DNA from: Vicugna vicugna
Taxonomy: Eukaryota
Reading direction: 5' to 3'
NCBI GenBank assembly: GCA_013265495.1
Contig: MU057584.1
Location: forward strand, 474,608-538,607
DNA length: 64,000 nucleotides
Shown here: positions 34,101 to 49,100 of the stretch, in pieces
Layout: every line of letters begins with the position of its first letter
Numbering within the stretch: position 1 is the stretch's first letter
Notes under the pieces: generated by a model
The model's input: the letters and a program-made list of their open reading frames with translations, nothing else
Told to the model about the DNA's origin: nothing
The model's database searches: none
Translations under genes and position numbers: made by a program

Positions 34101-37100
34101 GTGGGGACCGGGGGTACACTTGGGACTGGGTTCAGTCTCTGCCTGCCTAGACTTGGTGCTGGTCCCCTCCCTGCTCTGGGACTTTGTTTACCCATCTACA
34201 AAATGGACATTTCTTCTTCTCTCTGGAGAGGTGTTTTAGCTAAATGGTCAAGAGACTAGGCCATGCACTGGGCAGTCACTTCTCCCCTTGTCAGCTATAG
34301 GGGATTACACAGCAGAGTTGTTTCAGACAGTGATCGCCTTGGCTAGGACGTTCCCACACGGCCATGGCCATATGCAAGGGGGCCTGGGGATTGTCTTTAT
34401 TCTGGAAAACAGCACCCTGCTGAGAAGCAGGGTGTCTATTGCTACAGAAGAAGGGGAGAGTGATTTGGGGGAAGCAACTACGTGTCTCTTCCATCCTATT
34501 TTATTAGTTTTTTTCCCCTCAATTTATAAATAATAGGGGCTTATTGTACAAAATAAAACACTTCACACAATACAGACGAGTATAAAGAAGAAAATAACAA
34601 AAAAGTGTAACGTATTGGCCATTCTGTAAACATACACCTGTAACTGCCCTTACATGGGATTAAATAAGGATTCTCGCAGACAAAGTTGTGCAAAATGGAG
34701 AAAAGCTGGAAACAGCCTGCTTGTCCAACATAGGAGATCAGCTACTAAGATTTGGGTCGCATGGCAGGTGTCAGAGTCTGCAATATCAGTGTGTGAAAGC
34801 ACAGGCCTGCCTTGACACCTCAGCTCCCCGACCTCTGAGCTGTGTGACCCTGTCAGGTGATCGCCCCTCTTGTGCCTAAGTTTCCACCCCAGAGCAGAGT
34901 GCTGACAGTTAGCTCACAGGTCATCGAAGAATTCCAGTAGAATCTATGTCAACTGGGGGACACAGGGGCTGGCACGTGCTTAGAGTTGAAAGAGAAACAG
35001 CTGAAAAATAGCCCACCATCCCTGCTGCAGTCACCAATCACGTTCTGGTGGGGATAGACCCACTTGCCTGGAGTCCTCCGGGAGTGGCACGTGGGACATG
35101 GAGGAAGTCACCACCATTGAGCCTGGACACTTGGGTGTTGTTCCTGACATGCACCCCCAAGTTTGTTCATCCGTGGAGCCCTGTCCCTCCTCTTCTCTTT
35201 GCCAGCTTCTCCCCTCCCATCGCTCCCGTGTCCAGTAAGGACTTAGAGTCTTCTTATATATCAGCTTCTTTTTTTCATGCAGGCAGCTGTGAATAAAGAT
35301 TATTTTTATCTTTCCCCTCATTTTTACATAAGAGGTAGCCTATTTTACACTGTTCTGCACTTTGATTTTTTTCATTAACAACATATCTTAGAAATCTTTC
35401 CACAGCAGTATGTAAGGGAGCTTCCTTCAGATGGATGCTTTCCATACAGCCACAGCGTAGGCTCATTTCCTTCCTTAGAACCAGGCAGCACCAAGTATCA
35501 GTCTGGGTGGTTTCCCAGAGACCCATCTCATTTGGAGTTCTTAAAGGGGGTTCAGGGTGTGTTTTCAGGGGCCTATGAAATCTCAGAAGTGTCAAGCAGA
35601 TTGCGTGAGAATGGCCTTTTTAGGGGGGTAGAGGGTGGAGTCCATAGTTTTCAGCACATCCTCAGACTGTACCGGTGGTTACCTGAAGTAGGGGGTGGGC
35701 TGGGAGGGAGAGTTTTCATTGTTAAGTCTTTTCATTTAAAATGTAAAATTTTTTTTTTGATAAAGTCTTTTTATTTTATTTTATTTTATTTTTAACATTT
35801 TTTATTGATTTATAATCATTTTACAATGTTGTGTCAAATTCCAGTGTTCAGCACAATTTTTCAGTCATTCATGGACATATACACACTCATTGTCACATAT
35901 TTTTTCTCTGTGAGTTATCATAACATTTTGTGTATATTTCCCTGTGCTATACAGTGTAATCTTGTTTATCTGTTCTACAATTTTGAAATCCCAGTCTATC
36001 CCTTCCCACCCTCCACCCCCCTAAAATGTAAAATTTTTCTGTGAATGTAGAATGCTTATTTGGGATAGGAAGGAGGATTTAAAGTCTCTTTCATTTACTT
36101 ACTGCAGTAAGTTGAAAAGCATTAGGTAAGGGCCAGTCCCCTGGAGGCCTGGCGTCCTAGGCAAGGGCTTCCTGGTCTGGGATGTGGGGATGGAGGGCAG
36201 CGCCCGTGAGCACTGTGAGAGGGTCCATGAAACTGTGAGTATACGGCTGCACACAGGTGTTCTTCAGGGGACTGGGGATCTGGAATCCCAAACAAGTCTG
36301 ACTCAGCCTGCCTTGTTTTATACACGGGGACCCAGAAGCCCAGAGCGGGTGGGACTCATGTAGGCCACACACCGAGCCAGGGCAGAGCTGCCTGTGGGTG
36401 TCCTTGCTCCCACACTCTCCCTTGGCATGTTCACTCCAATGACTAAAATAGGAGCCTCCCTTGTAAGTGGAGGGGTCCCCAGAGATGGTTCCAGACCTTC
36501 CCCAGCCATGTGTGTTGGGGATTCTTGGGGAAACAGCAGGTGGCTCAGCTGGGCCGGGGCCCCTGAGACCCTGGACCCCAGGGCCCCATGGCTTCTGCAG
36601 GCAGAGGCAAGCCCCTGTGCTCAGTCTTGCCCTTTGACGTGGTTTGGGGCTCAGCAGGGAGGCATCCACACACTAGAATTCCCTTGTAGTGTTTTTCCAT
36701 TCCAAACGTTTTTGTGTGCCTTTTTCCTGTGATGAAAATAGCAGTAATAGCTAACATATCTAAGGCACTTACTGAATACGTAGCAGGCTCCATTCTGGAT
36801 GATGTATACAGCGTGAGTGTGTGTGTGTCCATTTAATTCTTGTAAACAGCCCTGCAAGGTAGGTAGTGTTGTTGCCCCCATTTTAACTGTCAAGGAAACG
36901 GATGCCTAGAGAGGGTAAGTCTTGCCTGAGGTCACACAGTCAGGAAGTAGCAGAGCTGGGCTTTAAGCCCAGATGTTATAGCTCAGAGGCTGAGTGCTTA
37001 ACCTCTCTGCTATACAGTTGACCCTTGAACAACGTGGAGATCAGGGGTGCTGACCCTCCGTACCCACATGTAACTTAATGTTGGCCTGGTGATTCCTTTC

Positions 37101-40100
37101 TGTTTGCGGTTCTGCATCCATGGATTCAGCCAGCCACAGATCTTGTAGAACTGTAGTATTTACTATTGAAAAAAATTTGTGTATAACTGGATCCTCATAG
37201 TGCAAAACTTTGTTGTTCAGGGTCAACTGTGTTGCTTTTCATACTTGTAATCAATAAGTATGTGTCTAATTTAATACTTACAGAGCTACATGAATCTGTG
37301 AGGCCTGAATTAACAGAGTAGGAGTTTATTTCTCTCTCTCTCATGTACCATTCTGAACTTAGACCAGGATCATGTGGTCTTCTGCAATCCAGATTCCTTT
37401 CTACTTTTTATTCCCCACTGCTAGGTTTTGCCCCCTTCTCATGGCCTAAGATGCCTACTGAGGATCCAGCCATCACATTCACATTCCAGGAGGGAAGAAG
37501 AAATCAAGGAGGATTGCTCTTTCTCTTTAGGACACTTCCTAGAAGTCCAACTTAACACACTATTTTTATATTTTACTGGTCAGGACTTTACCATGTGTCC
37601 ATACCTAGCTGTAAGCAAAGATGGAATTATAGTCTTTATTCTCAGTAGCCAAGGAGTCCACTTAAAATTTAAGAATTTTTTTTCTGAGGAAGGGGAAGAT
37701 GAATATTGGGAAATAACTAGCAGTCTGCTACAATTCTGTTGTGGGGCTTTTATTTTGTTCATTAAAAAACACTCAAAAAGAAAAACCTAAACAAGAAAGT
37801 AAAAATCACCTACAGATAACGTCATTCATCATTACTGTTTTGGCGGTGATCCTTTTACATGTTAATTCATACACATCCTGATTATATTGTGCAGAATTCT
37901 TTAAGGCAGTATTGTGTTTTGAGGCATTTTGTTTTGTTTTTGTTTACCCTCACACCTTCCCTATCCCCCCAAACCAAAGGAATCCATTTTAAAGTCTGAT
38001 GGGTATCAATTTATACCTTTCTCTGCTTTTATGTCGGTATAAAGGTGCATTACAGATCATTGGTTTTTTGTTTTTCTTTTTATTGTGGCAAAATATGCAT
38101 AACATAAAATGTACTATTTTAACCATTTTGAAGTATACAGTTCTGTGGCATTAAGTACATGCACATTATTATGCAGTCATCACTGCCATCCATCTCCAAA
38201 ATTTTTTCATCTTCCCCAACTGAAACTGACCCCATTAAACACTTAGTTCCCATTTCTCCTTCCTCCAGGCCAGGTTTGTTTGTTTGTTTGTTTGTTTTTT
38301 AAACAAAAATGGAATGATACTCTACACACTTTCCTTCATCTTGCCTTTATCTTTTAACAGTGTATCCTGGAAATACCTCTACGTCAGTTACAACTCTAAG
38401 ACTGTAATATTATGTTTCCTCAATTTTGTGAATTGAGAAAATGACTCAAATATTTTTGGGGGGAGGAAGGTAATTAAGTTTATTTATTTTTAAATGGAGG
38501 TACTGGGGATTGAACCCAGGGCTTTGTGCATGCTAAGCAGGTACTCTTAACAGTGAGCTGTACCCTCCCCCCTCAAATATTTGTTTTAACTAAGATAGTG
38601 TCATTTTGTTTCTCTTTCAATTTTTCCTATGGTGATATTCAGAGTGTGGATACTTCTGAAGCTCTCTCTCACTATACATTTTGAGAGTTTCAGAGTTCAT
38701 TGGCTCTGAGCTTCTCAAATTTTGGTTTGGTTTCTGCTAGTTCTCACTTATAATGTCTTGTCTCCTTGTGTTTGGCTTGTCTTTGGCTGTGTGTTGATCA
38801 TCATACTTGGAAAATTATTTACAGGAATCATTTCAGGCCTAGGGTAAACATACTTTCCTCCGGAGAGGACTTGCTTTGCTTCTGGTGGTAGCCTGTTGCG
38901 TTATCAGTGGTGGAGGATGGGGGGGTGGTTCCTTGCACCAGGTTCAAGGATCTATCTGTGTCCACCTGGTGTGACTCCAGGGAGGGCTGGGCCACACCTG
39001 CTTTCCGTCATCCTGGGCATGGAACCCTGTGGGGTCTTAGCTTCTTGTAAGGTAGTTCTCTGGTTGCCTCCTGTGGGCCTTGGCTAGCATTTCTGTCACT
39101 CATCAAAACACCTAGCTAATGTCCTCAGATATTAAAAAAAAAAAGAAGCTCCCAGCGCTCCTTTGCTTCTTTGGTTCCCATCTTCCCTTCAGTTTTTGCC
39201 TGCTGAATGTACAGTCTTGTCTGTTCTTCAGTGCTGTTCATTTAAGAATGTGTGTTTACATGCATTTTGTATGTAAACTTGATAAAAAGTATATATGAGA
39301 AAATATATGAAGAACATATAGAATATATTATTGCTCTATCAAGATACATAATTATACATATAAAACTAGTGTTGGTGTGCTCTTAATCATATTAATTTTA
39401 CCAAGCTTTTCCAAATTGTTTCCAACAGGGGTATTGGTCTGAATTACCTAGCCCAGTGTTACCAAAAATAAGGACTAATCCATTACTTACTGTCTGCTTC
39501 TCCAGTTTTTGGTTGACTTGAAGTTCTAAAATGTTGCTCTAAGGTCTGAGCCTCTAAAATGCTGGGATTCCAGACTCTAGGGTTCTCACACTTTGGGATT
39601 CCAGGGGAGTGGGGCATTAGGTTTCCTAGTTCTGAGGTTTTGAGGGTCCAAGCCCCTGTGGCCACCAGATCCCAGGGGAGGAGTCTGTGTGGAGACCAGG
39701 GCAGCACCAGATCCCCCACACAGGTGAACAGGGACATCTGGGGTCTCTCCCCAGACATGGCCTTTAGGGGCATCTTGTCTTCTCAGCAGCCCTGCAGCTG
39801 CCTTCTCAGGGGCCCTCCCTACTTGGCCACCAACCCCTGGGTCAGGACCCAGCATGTGCCAAAGTCAGAAGGAGGTCAGGCCGAGCCACGTTAGAAAAGG
39901 TGTGGAGACTCACTGTCTGCCCTGCTTCCCTCCTCAGGATCTTCATCATCTGGGCCATCAGCAGCTGGTTCCGCCGAGGGCCGGCCCCTCAGGACCAGGC
40001 GGGCCCCGGAGGAGCCCCACGCGTCGCCAGCCGCAACCTGTTCCCCAAAGACACTTTAATGGTAACCATGGGCTGGGAGGCCAGACATGGGAGATGAGAG

Positions 40101-43100
40101 TGTAGGGGAGGGACATGGGCAGTCGGGACAGACTCGGGCCCTGGTCACTGTCAGGTCTGTGAATGAGTCCAGGGTTGAGAAACTCTGAGTCCATCCTCAG
40201 CCCGTGAAACCTGTGTTACTCAAGGGACACTTCTAAGGAACAAGTAAATCTTTTTGGGTTTGTGGTGGTGCTCTCTCTGGGAGAGAGGGACAGTAGAGGT
40301 GTCACTCAGATGAAAGCTGTCTTAACAGAGTCCTTACATATTTTAGTTCAAAAGTTATGTTCAGGCTTTAAATGTTGCAAAGGGAGGTGTGCAAGGAAGA
40401 GGAAAGGGGTTGGAGGGAGAGAACGAGAGGCCAGAGGGCAGAGTGGGCACGGGGAGAAGTGCACTATTGCCGCACGTGGGCAGCGGCCGGGCTTCAGGAG
40501 CATCAGCAGCGAGGCTCAGACCCCAGTAATCTCGGCGTCTTCCACCTTGCGGTTCTCTGCAGCTCTGAGATTCCTGATTTCACAGAATTCTGGCCAGCAG
40601 GGTGACCACTGCTCAGCTGTTCTTTATCAGTGGGCTTCCAGGGCTCTGGACAGAGACAGCCTCGGGGACTTGAGAGAGGAGGGAGCTCTGAGACCAGCTT
40701 CCCCAGCCACCGGGTTCTCAGTAGCCAGCCGCCATGCCTGCACATCTTGACTGTGCTTTGTCCATAAGCCTGCGGAGCTCTGACCAAGGAGCCCACGAGA
40801 GGCTGAGAGGGGAGAAAATAATTCAGGGCAGTCTGGATCCTTTCTGACCCCAAATTCTAATTGGCAGTTTGGCCATTCTTTAATTGTTTTTTGCTCTTTG
40901 ACGTCAGTCACAGACTCAGACCAGGACAGACGCGGTGGGTGCAAGGAAAGAAAAAATGTATTCTGCCAGCTGCTACTCTTCTCCCCACTAGCCCCCACCC
41001 CCGGGTTGTTCATATCAGTGCGCTGACCACCGCCACAGCTCTTAAACTGTTGACCTTCCGATGCTTTTATGAGCAGCCCTAAGCTCCCCCTTTTGCTTCC
41101 CAACAGAACCTGCACGTGTACATCTCAGAGCACGAGCACTTTACAGACTTCAATGCCACTTCAGCACTCTTCTGGGAGCAGCATGACCTCGTGTATGGCG
41201 ACTGGACTAGTGGCGAGAACTCAGACGGCTGCTATGAGCACTTCGCCGAGCTGGACATTCCGCAGGTGGGGACAGCGCCTGGTTTCTGGCCTCAAGGCTG
41301 CTCGGCCAGCACTCAGGGCCTTTCCTTGAACCAACTCCCAGTCCTTTTGGGAGTCCAGGTTCCAAGCCTGGCTCTACTCTCAGTTCACATGCTGTGTGAC
41401 TGGAGGCAAGTCCCTGAGGCCCCTGGGCCTTGTCCTCCCCACATCTCCATGTGGATGGAGTTGAAATTGGCCTAGGATCCTCCCAGCTACTTTAAGGGTT
41501 ATGTAAATCTGTGGTTTAAACCAGTGAAAGATTAGCAATCGTCCGTGAAAGTGTCGAGTCGTCACTAATTTGTCAGGTAGCCTGGTTTGAAAATAATGGT
41601 TAATGTTGATTGAGTACTTACTGTGTACAGGGCACCAGGCTAGGCCGACTGGTGGAAAGCACCCAACAATCCTATGAAGTGGGAACTATTATTTCCATTT
41701 GACTGATGAGGAGACTGAGATACAGAGAGGTCACACCCAAGGTCATGCTACTAGTGAGAGATCTGAACTCAGGCTGTCTGGCTCTGGACTCTGGTAGCCC
41801 CAAGTTCCAATCCTGCCTCCAGGAAGCTCTCCCTGACACTCAGGCTCAGGCAGTGCCCTCTCTGGGCTCCCCTACCTAAGCTCTGCCAACTCTAGGGGGT
41901 TGTCACTACCTGGATATGGGCCTGTCTTCCCCACGGGACTGTGAACCCTGTCAGGATAAGGCTAGGACCTTCTTGGTCACCACTGTATCCCCAGCTCTGC
42001 CCAGCAGGGGGCTGGGTACAGAATGAGTGTTGAATAATCAATGAATTTTATGAATCTGTGAATGTTGATATCTCTTTGGAGCTACACTCTCATTCATTTC
42101 TCCCCATCAAGTCTTCTCCTTGGCCTCCTAGGGAGGAGGGGGCATGTGTGCTGTGTCTGTCTCTGTCTTGGTCTATTTGGGTAGCTGGACTCAGGGCAGC
42201 TGAGTCTTTCTCAGGCAGATAGGATAACCCATGCTGAGGGGTGGCTCCCACTGAGACCTCATGTCCAGCCCCCAGACCCCTCCCCAGGATCCCAGTAAGG
42301 CTGAGTGGCAGGAAGCCAGGCAGGGAGAGCTGCTCCCAAGGACTTGGATGTAACCTTCCTCCCCAGATTGGCGGTGCAAGGGTGTCTCAGCTGTACCTGA
42401 CCTTAATTTACAGAGGTGAGTGAGCAGCGACACAGAGAGGCCAATGCCACTGAAAGAAGAATTTACTACTTACATTTCCCAGGAGGAGGGGGCCCCCCCA
42501 CCATGCCACGCAGGGCCATAAGGGAAGCCCCAGGTTTGGTCAGGAGCAGAAGGAGCAAGGAGGGCCTAAGCTAAAGCCTTTTTTTGGGGTTTCCACAGGA
42601 AAGGCCAGGGAGGTGGGGGAACGGCTTTGGACTGACCAGCTCGGGTGTTGTGGTGGGCTCTGGGCTAGAGGGTTGGTCTCTAGTTGTCTGGTACCTGCCC
42701 TGGGAGCTCCAGTGCAGCCTGGTGTGTGAATCAGATAAAGGGAGTGGTTGGGATTGTGGACTTGGAGTTGGTTGTTTTGTATATGAAAGATGTGTTCGAA
42801 GGCAGGTGAGTTTGTTATCTCTAGGAATCATCTAGCCCTGGGAGGGGCAGTCTCTCCCTGGCCACATGTTGAAACAGCATAAAGTATAACAAACATGGTT
42901 TATTAACACAGAGGTGGACTTAAAAGGCACAGCATGGCCAAGTGAATCCAGGCTCACCTCGAAGGTCAGAGAGGCTCCAGTTTGGCCTTGGCCATCGCCG
43001 CTTCAGTCTCCTCACCTCTCTCCCCTTACTGCACACTACGTAGCCTCTCCGCGTGAGCCCCGTCACTGCAGCTGGAACACAGGATAACACGACCCACTGC

Positions 43101-46100
43101 TTAAGGTTTATGTGCGTTATGCAGATGTGAACTCACTGGATGGGGCAGTTACCATGTGAGGTGCCAGAAGCGGGATCTAGCCTTCACGGTTTTACTGTTG
43201 AATGAATTGAGGTCGCTAATGTTTATTGCGCTTTCCCTCTGTTCAGCGATCTCACATCATCCTGCAGCCCTGCTGGCCCACAGCACTGATTACCTGCGCC
43301 CTGCAGGTGGGCACTGAGGCCACACAGCCCTTGTGCGCTAGAGCCGGGTTTGAATCAGAGTCCATCTGACTACAGTGTCCTGCTCTTAACCGCTCAGCTA
43401 CACTGATGCCCCACTGAGCACTCAGTGAACGGGGTGGGGAAGCCATGGGGGGCGGGCGTCCTGAGGGCCTTCACTGTTTCCTTCTCCTGTCCACCCACCT
43501 CGCAGAGCGTCCAGCAGAACGGCTCCATCTACATCCACGTCTACTTCACCAAGAGTGGCTTCCACCCAGACCCCCGGCAGAAGGCGCTGTACCGCCGGCT
43601 CGCCACAGTCCACATGTCTCGGAGTAAGTTCCTCCCTGTCCTAGGGGCCCGGCTGGTGCTTTGGGCCTCAACTCCCAGTCCACGAGGGCAGGCGGGGACC
43701 TTGTGCTCAGGGAGGTCGATGTTGGTGGCTGAGTTCAAACTGCGCATATGCTGTGTGCCTCTGTGGGCAGGTGGGAGAGGAGTCGGCTTAGAAAGAGCAG
43801 GTGGAGAAAGGGACTTCTGAGGGAGAAGACAGTGTTCACAGGAGGGGAAAGGCAGGGCCGGCTTGTGCACGGTACCTGGCCTGGTAGAGCAGACGCTTGA
43901 GAATAGTTTGTGACATGTTGCGTCCACTTGTGTTCTCTGTGACTGCACGTGCATCGGCCACTCCTGGAATGCATGTGCACAGTGCTGCCCTAGGGGGGCC
44001 CGAGGTGCAGTGTGCAGCTGCCACACACAGGTTGAATGTGTTGTGTGTGACTCTCCATCCCCATACACACACCTCTGAGCAGAGCCTGTTGATGAAGCAA
44101 GCTGGTGACGGCCATGTCACTGGACAGGCCCCATTCTTGTCCCCGCTGGCCACCCAACTGGTTCTGGGGGCCCCCCTGAGAATCCCGATCCGATGAGCAA
44201 ACCCCAGGACTGCCAGTGACCCCTAGAAGCCTCGAGTCAGAGCTGGCCATCGGCAACTCTGACACGCCCTCTTGTTGAAACTGAGATTCTTTCTGCCTGG
44301 TCCGTCTTCTTAAAAAATTTTTTTTTTTGTTTTAAATCTCTTGTTACAAGTATATGGTTTAAAATTCAAGTAATTCAACCAGACAGTGAAACTCATCAGT
44401 CCCCTGCTCACCCCCTCCCGCCCTCCCCAGTTTCCACTCCCCACAGGCAACTGCTTTAGCTGTTTCTGCTGCCTAATCTCCAAGGCTTCCAATAACAAGT
44501 TGATACTTGGATTTTTCGGTTTTTCAGTTTTAGACATTATCTCTTGACTTCCTACTCTGGAAGGGGAAATCTCAATTCAGGAACAGAATTTTGGTTAGAT
44601 TAATATTCAGTATTCAAATGCTTTTGAGTATGTGACTCTTATTCACATCTGAACGACGCACAGGGCACAGAGTTTATTTTTAATTTCCTGTCCAGCTTCT
44701 TTTCCATGAGGTTAATAATTGTTGGCATTTTTTAGCTTGCTTTTTGTCTTTTGTCCTTGAGTCCACTGTCTCCTGATTGGCAGTCATGAGAATCTCTCAC
44801 CATACTTGAGTTTCAGCAGATCTGGAGAACAGGACCTCCCCCAACCCCCGCCCCAAAGCCCCCATTCCCTTTGTGTGAATTTTATGTGCCCCACCTCGCT
44901 CTGATTTTGCTGCGCCTGTGGACTTGGTTAAGATCTCTCTGACTGTTTCGTATGGCGCAGTGACACAGGTACTTTAATTTGTGGTGGTTAGATCTTTTCT
45001 TACTTCTTTTCATATAAAAATATCCCAAAGGATGAGAATTTTTTTGTTATCATCTACACTGGATGAAACAAAAAGTTGGTGACCCCATGTCAGTCCCCAA
45101 AACTGATTTGGAAAAGTCCCCCAGGTATGCTGAGTACTGTTCTCAGTGAGTGTGTCTAGGGCCTCTGCTCTGTGGGATGTTCCGCCCGGCTGGCTGGCTG
45201 GTGGAGCGAGTCTGCGAAGATGTGGGCAAAGGAGAGCTGAGGGGGTGTGGCCTGCAGTCCCCACAGAAGTGTCCCTGAAAGTGCAATTCATCAGGGGTCT
45301 GGGTTAGGTGTGCCTGATTCCTCAGAGGTTGCCTTGAATGTGACCTAGGTGAGTGGCTGCTCACCTGCATCCCAGTTACCCTGATCAACCTGAATCGATG
45401 CCAGCATCTTCTGTGGTTTTGTCTTTGGTGAACAAGATCCATGTCACTGTGCTGAGGTCGTGTTCATGGTCGATGTGACAGATACTGGCATGGTCTGCAA
45501 AATAGAATCTGCAGCCTTATGGACCACCAGGGTCACCCAGGTTTGCCTCACAGCTGGGCCAGCTTGGAGCAGGGACTTGGAGGGATGTAAAGCTGGCCAC
45601 TGGCCAACTCCAGGGCATAGAATGTGACTGTGGGATCAGAAAAGATCCCTTCCTCCCCAGAGGGCCAGTGATCAGTACTCTGGAGCAGCTGTCCCATAGA
45701 GATATAGTGCCCGCCTTAGAAGTCATTTTAAGTTTTCTAGTGGCCACAGTAGAAAAAAAGACCATAAAATTTATGTTAGTTATAATTTTATGAAGGTCAA
45801 CATGTTGTCATTTCCAGATATGATCAGTATTAAAAATTAATGAAATATCTTACACTCTATTTTTTTCCTGCACTAAGTTTCAAAATCCAGCATGTGTTTT
45901 GCGCTCGTAGCATATCTCAGTTTCAACTGGCTGTATTGCTGGTGCTTAGTGACCTCATGTGGCCTCACATGGCCACAATCCTGGCTGGTGCAGTTCTAGA
46001 AACTCTGAACTTCAAGAAAAGGGAGCTTTTTCCTCCCTACGGAAGCCAGGTCCATCTCACATTATAATTCCATCTGTATGCTGCCAAGTAGCAGAATGTT

Positions 46101-49100
46101 CTCCACCTGAGCCAAAGCTTCTCTCCTGCGCCTCCCACTCCAGGCCTTCTGGGGCCGGCCAGGCATGGCTCCTCCCTTCCCTGGACAGCCTTTCCCAGAT
46201 GTGGAAAACAGCAGGATGCCCACCCTTGGGTGTTTATTGCTCTTCCCGGACGTGGGGCCAGGTCTCAGGTGCATTAATGATAGAAGTGATGGGACAATAC
46301 TCACAGTGACAGCAGCAGGGCCCGGGCTGAAACCCACAGTCAGTTCCCAGAAGCATGGAACATAGGGAACGGGAGCTCATCCCTGGAATCTAGAAGCCCC
46401 TGGTTCTGAGTGGGTGTGGGAGGGATCTGGGCCCTGTGGTTTGTGTAAACGTGATAGGCAGGGATGCTCTGTCCGGCTGGGCTCTGTAGAGCAGAGAGCC
46501 ACTTCCCAGTGATCCTGCCAGGAAGAGGTGGGACTTTGATCCTCATTTTCCAGTGGAGGAGTGAGACCCAGGGAAGTGGCTAGCTCACCAGTGTCCTTCA
46601 GCTCTTGGGAGACAGAGCCAGGATGTGACCCCAGGGTCCCCACTCATGGCCAGCTTCCTCTCCCATTTCCCCATCTCTCCCTAGCCCCTGGGGGCAGGAT
46701 GGAGAAGTCATAGGAGGGGCAGGCCGTATGTTGTCCCAGGGTGGAGGTGGGGAGACCGAGCATAAACAAGCACCAGCCCCTCCTGCTGGCATGTCTTGGC
46801 AAGTTCTGGGCAGGGTGGCAGGGAGCCCGTGGCTGACCTGGCCTCTGCAAGAGGAAGTGAGGTCCACTCCTGGCCAGGGATTCACAGCCCCAAAGTGTTC
46901 TCACGTCGGCGGCTCTAGGCCTGCTTTCGAACTGTTGCTGCCCTCCTGTTTCTGTTCGTCTCTTCTACTGTTCGTCCCTGTGGGCTTAGCCCAGGGCCAG
47001 GGCTACACTAGTGTCCAAAATGGGCCCAGCCCCACCTGGGATTCACAGACTGGTTGAGGGGACAGATAGCAAACAAGTAAACCAATGGGCAGGTGAATTT
47101 GCAGTAGTGGACTGTTGTGAAGGAAACAGGGATGGCGAGGAGCAGGCCTGGGGATCCTCCTTCAGGGGAATGGGCAGGGAAGCCCTGTGGAAGGAGGGGC
47201 CTTTAACCAGGGGCTGGAAGAGTGAGAGGAGCCAAACAGGAAGATCCCAGCCATGCTGGGTCTGTGCCAGGGAGATACAGCAGCACATCCGAAGGCCCAA
47301 GTTTGGCATATTTGAAGAGAAAGGAGAAGGGGTGGGCGGGGGGCGGGAGGTGGCGAGTGCTTAGAGTTCAGTATGGCTGCGGTGAGCCTCTCAGGGGCCC
47401 TGCTCGGGGCTGCGGGAGCCACCTGGGGTTCTGAGGCAGCGGGATGATCAGATACTTGGTTTAAAAGACTCACTGGCTGCCCTGGGCAGAGGGGATCTTA
47501 GTGGGGCAGGAGTGTCCTCCAGGAGACCAGTGAGGTGATGATGGTCATCCAGGAGGGGACACTGTGGCTGGCCCAGGTTGGGTCCCTAGAGGTGGGAGGG
47601 GTGGTCAGATGTGAGGTGTGTGCCAAAGGGGACACCCCCAGGACGGGCTGATGGAATGGATGCAGCAAATTCTGGAGAAGGAAGACTCCAGCTTTCTGCC
47701 TGGGGCGATTTGATGGCTGTTGGTGTCACTGTAAAGACGGGGAACTGGGGGCTGGCTGAGATTTGAGAAGGCAGTTCAGGCTTTCTGGTGACCGTTACTG
47801 TCGGCTGGCAGGTGGAAGAGTGGCAGCCAGGAACCCAGGGAGCAGCTGTTGGTGGTCAGAGGTCTGGGGCCTGGGGCCTGCAAGTGCCAGTTGGTCTCAT
47901 GTGCACACCTTTCCCTGCCTTCCCTCCCACAGTGATCAACAAATACAAGCGCCGGCGGTTTCAGAAAACCAAGAACCTGCTGACAGGGGAGACAGAAGCT
48001 GACCCAGAAATGATCAAGGTAAACACAAGCAGAGCCAAGGTCCAGGGCCTGTTCCCAGCCCAGCAGCTGCCCATCTGGGTTGACCTCAGGGACCACCACT
48101 GAGCCGTCATGGGGGCTTTTAGCTCTCTGAGCCTCAGTTTCCCTCTCTGGAACGGGGTAGGAGGCAGCGCTCCCTCTCAGGGAGTAGGGAGACTTCTCAC
48201 TGACACTCAGCACTAACAGAGCAGGTGCTCTGCGCATTGTACACACACTCGGCAGCCTCTCGCCAGCCCTGTTGCATGGATCCCCTCACAGGAGACTTCC
48301 CCAAGGTGTCATGGCGGGAAGTGGCAGGGCTGGGATTCGCACCCAAGCAGCCAGGGCCCAGGCTTGGCCGGGCACAGAGTAGGTACCTGATGATGTGACT
48401 CTTGAAGGAATACTCTGGGGCAGCTGGGGCACTGGGGTATTGACCTGTGGTGGGTACCAAGAGTCCCCTGTTTCCCCGAGGTGGTTCCGGGCAGGCGGGT
48501 GGTCCCTGAGTTGGAGACTGCACATGGGTCCTTCACCTGTTCTGTCTCGAGGCTGCACTTTGCCTCCTGGTGAACATCCCACCCAAATCCATGGGTCTGA
48601 GTTTTCTGTGCTGTCAGGTGGCCAGGGGATCCAGGGCAGCGGGCTCTGTAAAGGCTGCGTGCAGACTTACCAGGGTGAGCCCTTGGCCAGCGGTCGCAGT
48701 GGCAGTTGCTCTTTTGCTTTCGCGATTATCACGGGGGTCCTTGGGAGGAAGCGAGTGGATACCTCTGAGGCTCATCAACCCCTTCACCCCTCAGAGGGCC
48801 GAGGACTATGGGCCCGTGGAAGTGATCTCCCACTGGCACCCCAACATCACCATCAACATCGTGGACGACCACACGCCGTGGGTGAAGGGCAGCGTGCCTC
48901 CTCCCCTAGACCAGTGTGAGTCCCCGCCACCCCCACCCCCAGGTCCTGACCCAACCCTTGCCCCCAAGATCCCTAGGTCTCCCCACTCCCAAGCTCCCCG
49001 CCCTGCTCTGCCCCTCTAGACCCTCCCCTTCCTCCCACACCGTGGGTGAGCCCAGCACTGACCACCGTGTGCCATGTCCAGCCTCATCCAGCCCGTGAGC

